A stretch of DNA of 45,637 nt from the NCBI GenBank assembly GCA_050945275.1, contig JBMNSQ010000001.1, positions 1-45,637 of the forward strand, read 5' to 3'. The number at the start of each line of letters is the position of its first letter. The stretch's first letter is position 1. The notes under the pieces were generated by a model that was not told the origin of the DNA, did no database searches, and saw nothing but the letters and a program-made list of their open reading frames with translations. Shown one piece after another: positions 33,804-42,317 of this stretch. The translations under genes and the position numbers were made by a program. Source of the stretch: a bacterium. Its GTDB lineage: Bacteria; Bacillota; DTU030; DUMP01.

Positions 33804-34712
33804 GTGAAAAATTTTAATGCCGTAGTTGCCCAGGCGAAAGCCCAAGGGCCAGTAAGGGTGGCCGTAGCACAGGCAGCCGATCCAGAGGTGCTGTCGGCAG
33901 TTATAGAGGCCAAACAAACCGGTATTGCACAAGGGGTATTGGTCGGAGATGCCAATGCCATCTCCGATATCTTAACGTATCTCGGCGAAGACCCAACTGC
34001 GTACAAGATAGTACCTGCTTCTACTTCCAAAGAGTGCGCTAAATTAGCTGTAGCCCTAGTTCGTAGCGGCGAAGCCGACGTACTTATGAAAGGCCTACTT
34101 CAGACAGCTACCTTTTTGCGCCCAGTGCTAAGCAAAGAAACTGGATTAAGAACTAACCAACTGATTAGCCAGGCCAGTATATTTGAGTGGCCTGAAAAAG
34201 AGAAACTTCTAATAGTAACCGACTGCGCCATTAACCTTACACCTAATCTTAACCAGAAGAAAAATATCCTACAAAACGCTGTTCTTTTAGCCCAAGCTCT
34301 CGGCATAACTACACCTCACGTCGCTGTTGTATGTGCTCTGGAGTTAGTCAACCCTGATATGCCTGAAACCATCGATGCTGCGGCTCTGGTCAAGATGGCC
34401 GACCGCGGTGAAATAAAGAATGCCGTGGTAGATGGGCCATTGGCCTTTGATAACGCTGTATCAGAAGCAGCGGCTACCCACAAAGGTATTCACAGCCCCG
34501 TGTCTGGAAAAGTAGATGTTCTACTTATGCCTGATATGAAGACCGGGAATGTTATTCACAAGTCTTTTGTTCATTTTGCTCACTTAAAAGGAGCCGCCAC
34601 CGTAATAGGTACACGCGCTCCTCTCATAGCCACATCTCGTAGCGACAGCGCTGAAACTAAGTTAAACTCACTGGCAGTGGCAAATTTACTAGCTCGCCAT
34701 ATAAAAAAATAG
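33804..34712 (+). CDS. ptb: Phosphate butyryltransferase / phosphate acyltransferase (Ptb family)
   Basis: 302 aa with the family-typical N-terminus NFNAVVAQAKAQGPVRVAVAQAADPEVLSAVIEAKQTGIA..VLVGD, plus ADVLMKG and LIVTDCAIN blocks. GTG start with a GTGGAGGA SD. Confidence 0.8.
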   Translation: MKNFNAVVAQAKAQGPVRVAVAQAADPEVLSAVIEAKQTGIAQGVLVGDANAISDILTYLGEDPTAYKIVPASTSKECAKLAVALVRSGEADVLMKGLLQTATFLRPVLSKETGLRTNQLISQASIFEWPEKEKLLIVTDCAINLTPNLNQKKNILQNAVLLAQALGITTPHVAVVCALELVNPDMPETIDAAALVKMADRGEIKNAVVDGPLAFDNAVSEAAATHKGIHSPVSGKVDVLLMPDMKTGNVIHKSFVHFAHLKGAATVIGTRAPLIATSRSDSAETKLNSLAVANLLARHIKK

Positions 34713-34743
34713 CTCAATTTTCCAAACAACGGTTTGGAGCGAG

Positions 34744-34774
34744 GGGCAGACTTTGTGTCTGCCCTACTTTTTTT
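34744..34774 (+). terminator. Rho-independent terminator after ptb
   Basis: Perfect 8-bp stem GGGCAGAC/GTCTGCCC, a 5-nt loop, then TACTTTTTTTA. Confidence 0.8.
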
Positions 34775-34784
34775 ATTTTACCCC

Positions 34785-34813
34785 TTGACTTTATTTCTTT
34801 AGCCTGCTAAACT
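34785..34813 (+). promoter_or_regulatory. Sigma-A promoter of the amino-acid ABC operon
   Basis: TTGACT-N17-TAAACT, 50 nt upstream of the SBP start. Confidence 0.5.
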
Positions 34814-34862
34814 AATAAACATAGAAACCAAGTACATAATTTGAGAGGGGAAGAGATAAACT

Positions 34863-35714
34863 ATGAGTTTCAGTAAACATTTTATTGTAGTATCCATATT
34901 AATGCTAGCGTTAGCTCTTGTTGTTACCGGCTGTTCCCAGCCTGCGCCGCAGCAAGACTCTAATGAGGCAGGGTCCGTTGAAGCGCCTAGCGAGCCGTTA
35001 TCCTGGGATCGCATTAAAGAAAAAGGGAAGATAGTTGTCGGGTTAGACGACGCTTTTCCCCCGTTCGGCTTTCGCAACGATAAGAACGAACTAATTGGCT
35101 TCGACATTGATCTTGGTAACGCCTTGGCTAAGAAATTAGGAGTAGAGATTGAATGGCAGCCAGCCGAATGGTCTGGGATAATCATGTCGCTAAAGACCAA
35201 GAAATTTGATGCTATTTGGTCCGGTATGAGCGTTACACCAGAGCGAGAGAAAGAAGTAAACTTTACCACCCCTTATATCGGTAGTGCCCAAGTCATTATC
35301 CTAGCATCGGATAATGGCGATATCGAAGGCCCAGAAGACTTAGAGGGAAAAATAGTAGGTACCCAGCTCGGCAGTACCGGCGAAGTTGCCTGCGGCAAAC
35401 TACAGGGGCTTAAGGAGTTAAAGACATTCGATGTTTTTACCGAAGCCATTAATGACTTAACGACGGGCCGCTTAGATGCGGTAGTAATCGACGACATTAC
35501 CGCCCGCTATTATCTGCAGCAACAGCCCGATGCCTTTAAGATTCTAGAAGATATTCTTTCCTACGAACCGATGGCCATCGCTGTCCGCAAAGAAGACGCT
35601 GCTCTACAGGGAGTATTAAATGAAGTCATAAACAATATGGTCCGAGATGGCACATACAAGGCCATATCAGAGGAATGGTTTGGTGAAGATATGTCCCAGT
35701 ATCTTGATAAGTAG
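34863..35714 (+). CDS. Polar amino-acid ABC transporter substrate-binding lipoprotein
   Basis: Lipobox LVVTGC. Family-3 SBP blocks: GKIVVGLDDAFPPFGF, GFDIDL, KFDAIWSGMSVTPER. Confidence 0.85.
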   Translation: MSFSKHFIVVSILMLALALVVTGCSQPAPQQDSNEAGSVEAPSEPLSWDRIKEKGKIVVGLDDAFPPFGFRNDKNELIGFDIDLGNALAKKLGVEIEWQPAEWSGIIMSLKTKKFDAIWSGMSVTPEREKEVNFTTPYIGSAQVIILASDNGDIEGPEDLEGKIVGTQLGSTGEVACGKLQGLKELKTFDVFTEAINDLTTGRLDAVVIDDITARYYLQQQPDAFKILEDILSYEPMAIAVRKEDAALQGVLNEVINNMVRDGTYKAISEEWFGEDMSQYLDK

Positions 35715-35718
35715 TCTA

Positions 35719-35737
35719 GGGAGGCGTTAAGCCTCCC
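35719..35737 (+). other. Intercistronic stem-loop between the SBP and permease genes
   Basis: 7-bp stem GGGAGGC/GCCTCCC with loop GTTAA and no T-tract. This is the typical position for mRNA-stabilising or partial-attenuation hairpins that raise SBP stoichiometry. Confidence 0.4.
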
Positions 35738-35765
35738 CTTGACATACAGCGAGGAGGTATCCCGA

Positions 35766-36416
35766 TTGGATCTTAGTTTTTACAACACTTATTTGCCAAT
35801 CTTAGCCAGGGGAGCTGTGCTTACCATATCATTAACTGCTTTGTCGTCTTTTTTCGGTACTATATTGGGGCTTATCGCGGCCTTAGGACGTATTTCTAAA
35901 AGCGGTATCCTCCGCAGTATATCTCATTTTTACACTTGGGCCATTCGGGGAACACCTCTCCTTTTGCAACTATACTTGATTTACTACGGGTTACCGCAGC
36001 TTGGAATCAGACTGGATGCTTTCCCGGCCGCGGCTATCGGGATGAGTATTTGCGCTGGCGCTTATATTTCCGAGATTATCCGCGCCGGTATCGAATCTAT
36101 CGACAAAGGACAAATGGAAGCAGCACGATCTTTAGGTATGACTTATCTACAAGCTATGCGCCGCATAATTCTACCTCAGGCCTACCGGCGGCTAATACCA
36201 CCCATGGGAAACGAAATCATAGCCCTGATGAAAGATACGTCCCTAGCTTCCACTTTAGCCATGGTAGAGCTTATGCGCAGTGCCCGGCATATAGATGCTG
36301 CTACCTTAAGATCCCTGGAAGCCTATGTGGCCGCTGGAATTATATATTTAGCTATGACTACTGTTTTGACGGTAACCTTTAATCGGGTAGAACAAAAGTT
36401 GGCCGTGTACGAATAG
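35766..36416 (+). CDS. Polar amino-acid ABC transporter permease (HisM/GlnP family)
   Basis: EAA-loop region GQMEAARSLGMTYLQAMRRIILPQA. I chose the TTG at 35766 (GAGGAGG SD); the track start is 35739. Confidence 0.85.
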   Translation: MDLSFYNTYLPILARGAVLTISLTALSSFFGTILGLIAALGRISKSGILRSISHFYTWAIRGTPLLLQLYLIYYGLPQLGIRLDAFPAAAIGMSICAGAYISEIIRAGIESIDKGQMEAARSLGMTYLQAMRRIILPQAYRRLIPPMGNEIIALMKDTSLASTLAMVELMRSARHIDAATLRSLEAYVAAGIIYLAMTTVLTVTFNRVEQKLAVYE

Positions 36417-36434
36417 GCAAGGGACGGTGATAAC

Positions 36435-37184
36435 ATGATTCAAGCGCAGGAAATTTACAAAAGCTTTGACACCCTTAAAGTACTAAAAGGTATATCCATG
36501 ACCGTAAATCCAGGTGAAGTGGTAGTAATAATGGGCCCCAGCGGCTCAGGCAAGAGTACTTTTTTGCGCTGCCTAAATGGTCTAGAACCTATAGATCAAG
36601 GTCGCATTGTAATTGGCGAACACGTACTTGGCCCAAAAAGCAAACGTGCCCACTCGCGATTTGCTGAGCGGGAACTTAACCGCGTGCGTACACGCCTAGG
36701 TTTTGTCTTTCAGAGCTTTAATCTGTTTCCCCATATGACAGCCCTAGCCAATGTAATGGAAGGACCGATTTCAGTGCTTAAACAACCAAAATCTGAAGCG
36801 CGAGATAAAGCTCTTGCTTTACTGGAGAAAGTAGGCCTAGCAGATAAAACTGATTCCTTTCCGGCTCACCTTTCCGGCGGCCAGAAACAGCGGGTGGCTA
36901 TCGCCCGGGCTCTAGCCATGGAACCCGAAGCCATGTTATTTGACGAACCTACCTCCGCTTTAGACCCAGAACTAGTCGGTGAAGTTCTAGCTGTAATTCG
37001 CAACTTGGCCAAGGACGGTATGACCATGCTCATCGTTAGTCACGAGATAAGTTTTGCCCGAGAAGTAGCTGACCGGGTAGTTTTTATGGAAGACGGTCGT
37101 ATCCTGGAAGAAGGAGCACCCGCCCAGCTCTTCGTACATCCAAAAAAAGACCGTACCCGCAATTTTCTACGCAGCGTAATTTAA
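36435..37184 (+). CDS. Polar amino-acid ABC transporter ATP-binding protein (GlnQ-like)
   Basis: Walker [11 protein letters not shown]-loop, signature [15 protein letters not shown], Walker [12 protein letters not shown], and the H-loop SHE. Confidence 0.92.
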   Translation: MIQAQEIYKSFDTLKVLKGISMTVNPGEVVVIMGPSGSGKSTFLRCLNGLEPIDQGRIVIGEHVLGPKSKRAHSRFAERELNRVRTRLGFVFQSFNLFPHMTALANVMEGPISVLKQPKSEARDKALALLEKVGLADKTDSFPAHLSGGQKQRVAIARALAMEPEAMLFDEPTSALDPELVGEVLAVIRNLAKDGMTMLIVSHEISFAREVADRVVFMEDGRILEEGAPAQLFVHPKKDRTRNFLRSVI

Positions 37185-37195
37185 ATCTAGCGTAC

Positions 37196-37287
37196 TAGCA
37201 CACAATTAATTAAGGCCGGCTTTAAGCAGTGTTTTAAAAACTTCCTTATGACACACGACTTGGCCGACCTTAATTAATTGTGTGCTA
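37196..37287. repeat. Long inverted repeat between convergent operons (probable bidirectional terminator or structured element)
   Basis: Arm TAGCACACAATTAATTAAGG (37196-37215) is perfectly complementary to CCTTAATTAATTGTGTGCTA (37268-37287). Pairing extends imperfectly through GCCGG/CGGCC, leaving a loop of about 40 nt. Confidence 0.6.
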
Positions 37288-37318
37288 AATTTGCCCTATC
37301 GGTATTGCGATTATCTCG

Positions 37319-39439
37319 TCATATTATAATCCGCGCATCTAGTGCCATAGCCCCCGTATTGTAAACGCGTACCGGATTTAGGTCGATTTCTTTAATATCG
37401 GGAACTTCCACCAAGGCCTGTCCGACCTTGACTATTATATCAGCTACCGTATCGATATCGGCTTTCTCTTGCCCGCGGGCTCCGGTAAGCAGTGGGTACA
37501 GTTTAAGCTCGCGCAGCATTGCCAAGGCTTCTTGTTCGCTGATAGGGGCAACGCGGAAAGCTACGTCTTTTAGGACCTCTACAAAGATGCCGCCAAAACC
37601 CACCATTACCACCGGACCGAACTGCAAATCGCGCAGTCCACCGATGATAAGCTCAGTGCCGGGGCCGGCCTGCTTAGACACTAACAACCCATGAATATCC
37701 GCCTGAGGGACGTTTGCCAGAGCGTTAGCCACAATCCCCGTAAAAGCTGATCTCACTTGCTGCGGCAAATCAAGGTTTACCTTCACCCCATCAATATCGC
37801 TCTTGTGGATAATCTCTGGGGCAACTATCTTGAGAACTACTGGATAACCCAGCTTCTCGGCAATAGCCACGGCTTGCTCTTGATTCTGGGCCAACTCGGC
37901 CGCAACGAAGGGTACATCATACTGCCCCAAAATAGCTCGTGCCTCAGGCTCGGTTATATTGCGACGACTTTCCTTGGCCGCCCCAATAATATCAGACACC
38001 CGGGGTGGTACCTTGACTGAAGAAGCAGATAATGTCGTTCGTTCTTTCACTGCTTGCACGAGATTAGCTCTTCGCACCAAATTTACCATCGCCCGAGCAG
38101 CTCGTTCAGGCATTTCGAAGGTGGGAACACTACGCTGTTCTAAGGCTTCTCGGGCAGGCTGTACCCACTCACCGGCTAGATAACAAACAGTCACCGGTTT
38201 GTCGAAGACGGAAACGATATCAGCTGTAAGCTCTCCCATCTTTTTTGGTTGAAGAAAAGTAGGCGGTACACTAAGGTGCACAACCCCATCTACCCCAGGA
38301 TCAGCTAGCATACAGCGCAGGGCATCGGCATGCTGCTTCTCATCGGCTGCAGCTGACATATCCACATAACCCTCGGTGTGGTCCACTATAGCCATAGGCG
38401 GGAGGACCTCTTTTAGTTTTTGCTTAGTCTCGGGATCGAGTTTAGCCAGTGTTACCTCCGGCGAAAGGCCTAACTCATCCATAGCAATAATCCCTGGTCC
38501 TCCGGCTTCGGTTAGCACCGCGATCCGATTTCCCCGGGGTAGCGGTTGCATAGAAATAGCCTTGGCTGCATCGAGCAGCTCTTCCACTGTATCCACCCGC
38601 AAAATACCCGCCTGCTTGAAAGCAGCCTGATATATGTTATCTGAACCGGCCAACGAGCCCGTATGGGAGGCCGCTGCCCCCTGCCCTACCTCACTCCGTC
38701 CCACTTTGAGAATAATCACTGGCTTGTCTTGACAAATGCTCTGGGCTACTTCTAAAAACTCGCGAGCATTATTGATCCCCTCCATATACATGGCAATAGC
38801 TTTAGTATCAGGGTCCTCACGATAATACTGCATTATTTCCAGCACATCTACATCAGCCTGATTACCTACGTGGGCCCACTTGGCAAAACCCATAGGCACT
38901 GCCTGGTTAGTGGCGAACATCATAATGGAGGCACCGAGGGCACCGCTCTGGGAGATAACACTCATATGACCGGGTACTTGCCGAATACCAGCAGCAAAAG
39001 TGGTGTCTAAGTGATTTTTCGTGTTCATGACTCCCACGCAGTTAGGACCGATTACACGGATTCCAGCCTCTTTAGCAATCGCCAGTACCTTTTTTTCCAG
39101 CTGGACTCGCTCCGGCTCTTTGGTCTCGCTGAAGCCAGATGCAATAATGACAGCTGCCTTGACATCTTTGCGCTTAGCCGCTTGTTCAAAGACTTCGGGC
39201 ACAGCAAAAGCAGGAACACTCACCACCATCAGTTCCACCGTTTCAGAGATAGCGGCTAAATCGGTAAAACACTTAAGACCGAATAGTTCATCCAATTTTG
39301 GGTTAACCGGATAAACTGATCCGGTAAACTTTAGATCCAGCAGGTTTCGAACAATCTGATAACCTGCTTTGCCTGGATCCTGAGACGCCCCAATAACCGC
39401 TACACTGTTAGGATAAAAAAAATGGTTCAAAGATGTCAC
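37319..39439 (-). CDS. ADP-forming acyl-CoA synthetase (acetate--CoA ligase, NDP-forming; fused alpha-beta type)
   Basis: CoA-binding N-terminus FFYPNSVAVIGAS, GPNCVG, the phosphohistidine loop AASHTGSLAG, and a C-terminal ATP-grasp half. The GTG at 39439 (GAGGAGG SD) overlaps the OFOR-beta stop as GTGA. Confidence 0.85.
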   Translation of the reverse strand: MTSLNHFFYPNSVAVIGASQDPGKAGYQIVRNLLDLKFTGSVYPVNPKLDELFGLKCFTDLAAISETVELMVVSVPAFAVPEVFEQAAKRKDVKAAVIIASGFSETKEPERVQLEKKVLAIAKEAGIRVIGPNCVGVMNTKNHLDTTFAAGIRQVPGHMSVISQSGALGASIMMFATNQAVPMGFAKWAHVGNQADVDVLEIMQYYREDPDTKAIAMYMEGINNAREFLEVAQSICQDKPVIILKVGRSEVGQGAAASHTGSLAGSDNIYQAAFKQAGILRVDTVEELLDAAKAISMQPLPRGNRIAVLTEAGGPGIIAMDELGLSPEVTLAKLDPETKQKLKEVLPPMAIVDHTEGYVDMSAAADEKQHADALRCMLADPGVDGVVHLSVPPTFLQPKKMGELTADIVSVFDKPVTVCYLAGEWVQPAREALEQRSVPTFEMPERAARAMVNLVRRANLVQAVKERTTLSASSVKVPPRVSDIIGAAKESRRNITEPEARAILGQYDVPFVAAELAQNQEQAVAIAEKLGYPVVLKIVAPEIIHKSDIDGVKVNLDLPQQVRSAFTGIVANALANVPQADIHGLLVSKQAGPGTELIIGGLRDLQFGPVVMVGFGGIFVEVLKDVAFRVAPISEQEALAMLRELKLYPLLTGARGQEKADIDTVADIIVKVGQALVEVPDIKEIDLNPVRVYNTGAMALDARIII

Positions 39440-40314
39440 ACCGTTACCTCCTCTTCGGACAACAATCGCTGCCACGACCGCTCAGCATTCTCGGTCAAAA
39501 ACTGTATCTGTTCTTCAGATACGTGGCTAAAACGTCCTTGCGCTTTTATATACTCGGACACGGGTTTTAGGGTTTTAGGCTTTCTAGTTACTCGAAGCTG
39601 GCCATTTATCACTTCAAACAACGGCCACAGCCCTGTATCTACTGCCAACCGGGCGATGTTAATGGTCTCTTTTGGGGGGAAACGCCAACCGGTGGCGCAA
39701 GGCGTAAGAACGTGGATATAAACCGGGCCGTCGATTTCCTTCGCTTTTTCCACCTTGCGAGCAAAGTCTTCCATAAAACCAGCCGAAGCAGTAGCAATAT
39801 ATGGTATCCCCTGAGCCCGGAGCATACCGACAATGTCTTTCTTGGTTTCCGCTTTACCTGCCGGTGTGGTGGTGGTCCAAGCACCTAAGGGAGTAGCTCC
39901 TGACCGCTGGATGCCAGTGTTCATGTAGGCTTCGTTATCATAGCATATATATATGAAACGATGGCCCCGTTCCACAGCTCCAGATAACGCCTGCAAACCA
40001 ATGTCCACCGTGCCACCATCGCCAGCAAAAGCCACTACGTGAACATCCTCTTTCCGCAGCACCTCCAAAGCCACTCGAATTCCTGAGCAGTAGGCAGCTA
40101 TGTTTTCTAAGTTGGACTGAAACGCTGGTATGCGCCAGCCTGTTTCCGACCCATAGCCGGTAAGAATGGCCGAACAGCTAGGTGGGGTTAACATAATCGT
40201 CTTCGGGCCCAATACCTCCAGCGTTGCTCGTCCAATAAGTTCCATGGCGCAGCCTTCACAGGTGGTAATACCATGACTGACCATTGGTAACTGTTCCTTA
40301 AGTGCAGCTCCCAT
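39436..40314 (-). CDS. 2-oxoacid:ferredoxin oxidoreductase, beta (TPP-binding) subunit
   Basis: TPP motif AFAGDGGTVDIG...YDNEAYMNTG and N-terminal cysteines CEGC. Its start abuts the alpha stop (TAGATG). Confidence 0.85.
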   Translation of the reverse strand: MGAALKEQLPMVSHGITTCEGCAMELIGRATLEVLGPKTIMLTPPSCSAILTGYGSETGWRIPAFQSNLENIAAYCSGIRVALEVLRKEDVHVVAFAGDGGTVDIGLQALSGAVERGHRFIYICYDNEAYMNTGIQRSGATPLGAWTTTTPAGKAETKKDIVGMLRAQGIPYIATASAGFMEDFARKVEKAKEIDGPVYIHVLTPCATGWRFPPKETINIARLAVDTGLWPLFEVINGQLRVTRKPKTLKPVSEYIKAQGRFSHVSEEQIQFLTENAERSWQRLLSEEEVTV

Positions 40315-41499
40315 CTAGTCCATCTCCTCTCGTAAATCGATCCAAATAGGGCCTGGTTTCTCCATTGCTTGAGCTTCTAACTCTATAGTCTTGTTTACAG
40401 CTTTTTGCATAGTAGCAGCCGATAGATCACGTCCACCAAGACCCGCAATATAATTAAATACCGCCGGGCCTTCCATCAAGGGATAAAGGGCAGCCTTAAC
40501 TTCCAGCGCAAGCGGCCCTTCCGAACCCAGCCCCCAGGATCGATCCAGGACAGCAATCCTTTGGGCATCCTTTAGAGCTTCTCGGACCATCTGTTTAGGG
40601 AAGGGACGAAATGAGGTAACCTTTAGCGTTCCTACCTTAATCCCTTTATCCCGAAGCTCCTTGGCCACCTGCCGAGCCGTCCCAGCACTGGAACCAAGGC
40701 TCACCACCACCACCTCGGCACCAGCACAATTTTCGGCCTTGATAGGTGAATAAGAACGGCCAAAATGCTGACCAAACTCCTGGCCTATACGAGGTAGCAA
40801 ATCTAACGCCTCATCTAAGGCTTGTTTATGTTGGTACTTGATTTCGGTAAATATATCAGCTGATGTAAGCTGGTTAATAGTCATGGGGTTATCGGGGTCA
40901 AGACGAAGAGGTCCTGGCTCGTAAGGAGGTAAAAAAGCGTCAGCTTCGTGGATTTCCGGCACACTAACAGCCTCCGTACTGTGAGATACGTAAAAACCGT
41001 CTAAACAAAGCATTACCGGTAATAATACTTCTTCGGCTAAGCGATATCCAAGCAAAACCAAATCTAAGGCTTCCTGGCAATTCTCGGCATAAAGTTGGAT
41101 CCAGCCCATATCCCGCTCGGCCATACTATCGGAGTGATCCGTCTGCAAAGACCACGGGCTAGGCAAGGCACGATTAGCAATAGCCATAACCATAGGCAGA
41201 CGGTTTCCTGACGCCACCCCTACTATTTCATGCATGAGGGCTAAACCGGCACCGGCTGTAGCTGTAAACACCCGCGTACCCACTAAAGCTGCCCCCACAA
41301 CAGCACTAAGGGCTGAGTGCTCTGATTCCACTGCTATATAACGAGCACCTGGCAAAGAACCATCGACGATAAAATCGGCCACTCTTTCTACAATAGGGGT
41401 CTGAGGCGTAATAGGATAAGCGGCCACCACCTTAGGCCTGGCGAGGCGTACTCCTTCGGCTACCGCCCAGTTGCCGTCTAAGGCTTTAATCTCGGCCAT
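40315..41499 (-). CDS. 2-oxoacid:ferredoxin oxidoreductase, alpha subunit
   Basis: GNWAVAEGVRLARPKVVAAYPITPQT and SEHSALSAVVGAALVGTRVFTATAGAGL are typical POR/VOR alpha N-domain blocks. The gene overlaps delta by 14 nt. Confidence 0.85.
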   Translation of the reverse strand: MAEIKALDGNWAVAEGVRLARPKVVAAYPITPQTPIVERVADFIVDGSLPGARYIAVESEHSALSAVVGAALVGTRVFTATAGAGLALMHEIVGVASGNRLPMVMAIANRALPSPWSLQTDHSDSMAERDMGWIQLYAENCQEALDLVLLGYRLAEEVLLPVMLCLDGFYVSHSTEAVSVPEIHEADAFLPPYEPGPLRLDPDNPMTINQLTSADIFTEIKYQHKQALDEALDLLPRIGQEFGQHFGRSYSPIKAENCAGAEVVVVSLGSSAGTARQVAKELRDKGIKVGTLKVTSFRPFPKQMVREALKDAQRIAVLDRSWGLGSEGPLALEVKAALYPLMEGPAVFNYIAGLGGRDLSAATMQKAVNKTIELEAQAMEKPGPIWIDLREEMD

Positions 41500-41773
41500 C
41501 GTCGCTCTCCTCCTCTACTAAATCAATCGCCTGACGCGGACAGACCGTAGCACAGATTCCACAGCCCTTGCAATACTCGTAGTTGATTGTTACTGGACGT
41601 CCTTTAATGATCACACCTACCGGACAATAGCGGGTACATATGCTACAACCGCTACACCGATCGGCAACTACTATCGGACGCTCCAGGCGCCAAGCTCCAG
41701 TTTTGGTGTCCGCTAGGCGCTCAGCATATATGCCTCTCTTACGAACACGTTCTTTCTTTTTCTTAGCGACCAT
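41486..41773 (-). CDS. 2-oxoacid:ferredoxin oxidoreductase, delta (2x[4Fe-4S] ferredoxin) subunit
   Basis: CSGCSICTRYCP and CKGCGICATVCP. I chose the ATG at 41773, which overlaps the gamma stop by 11 nt. Confidence 0.8.
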   Translation of the reverse strand: MVAKKKKERVRKRGIYAERLADTKTGAWRLERPIVVADRCSGCSICTRYCPVGVIIKGRPVTINYEYCKGCGICATVCPRQAIDLVEEESDDGRD

Positions 41774-42317
41774 AAATAATCGTCCTTTCATATGCCGCGC
41801 GAGCACAGGCGGCATTCTTTTCTCCTTTGCTCCCAGGCATAAACTCTTCTAGAGCGACGCAAATGGCATCAATCCCTACCCAATCCGTTGTACGGGCAAA
41901 AGCCCCAAGCATCGCTGCATTTGGCGGCACCGGGCCAATTATTTCCCTTGTTATGTGCCAAGCATCAACGCAGCCGGTACGAGAAAAGTAGGAGCCAATC
42001 TCGAGCTTAGCCGGATCGATGTCGGAGTTGGCTATAAGCAGCGCATCTTCTCTGGCTCCCTCACAAGGATTGATCCCTAAATCCAGCAAGAACAGATCGA
42101 ACACAACAACCGCATGGGGATGATAGACATAAGTATGAGTAGAGATTGGCTCCTGGTCCAAACGAGCGAAGGTGAACACCGGTGCTCCTTTTCGTTCCTG
42201 ACCAAAACTTGGCACCGCCTGGCCATATTTCCCCTCCTTGATGGCAGCTGCTACCAAAATTTTGGCAGCAGTCACTGCCCCCTGTCCTCCCCGGCTAAAA
42301 ATCTTGATCTCCTTCAT
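41763..42317 (-). CDS. 2-oxoacid:ferredoxin oxidoreductase, gamma subunit
   Basis: IKIFSRGGQGAVTAAKILVAAAIKEGKY.QA.PSFG.ERKGAP is the canonical gamma N-terminus. Its start abuts the symporter stop. Confidence 0.85.
   Translation of the reverse strand: MKEIKIFSRGGQGAVTAAKILVAAAIKEGKYGQAVPSFGQERKGAPVFTFARLDQEPISTHTYVYHPHAVVVFDLFLLDLGINPCEGAREDALLIANSDIDPAKLEIGSYFSRTGCVDAWHITREIIGPVPPNAAMLGAFARTTDWVGIDAICVALEEFMPGSKGEKNAACARAAYERTIIYGR

Noticed and set aside
33636-34030. Two overlapping minus-strand ORFs (98 and 95 aa) in and next to the ptb 5' region
   Set aside because: They are antisense to ptb or lie in the AT-rich divergent gap. They have no SD and implausible composition (Cys, Tyr and Phe rich).
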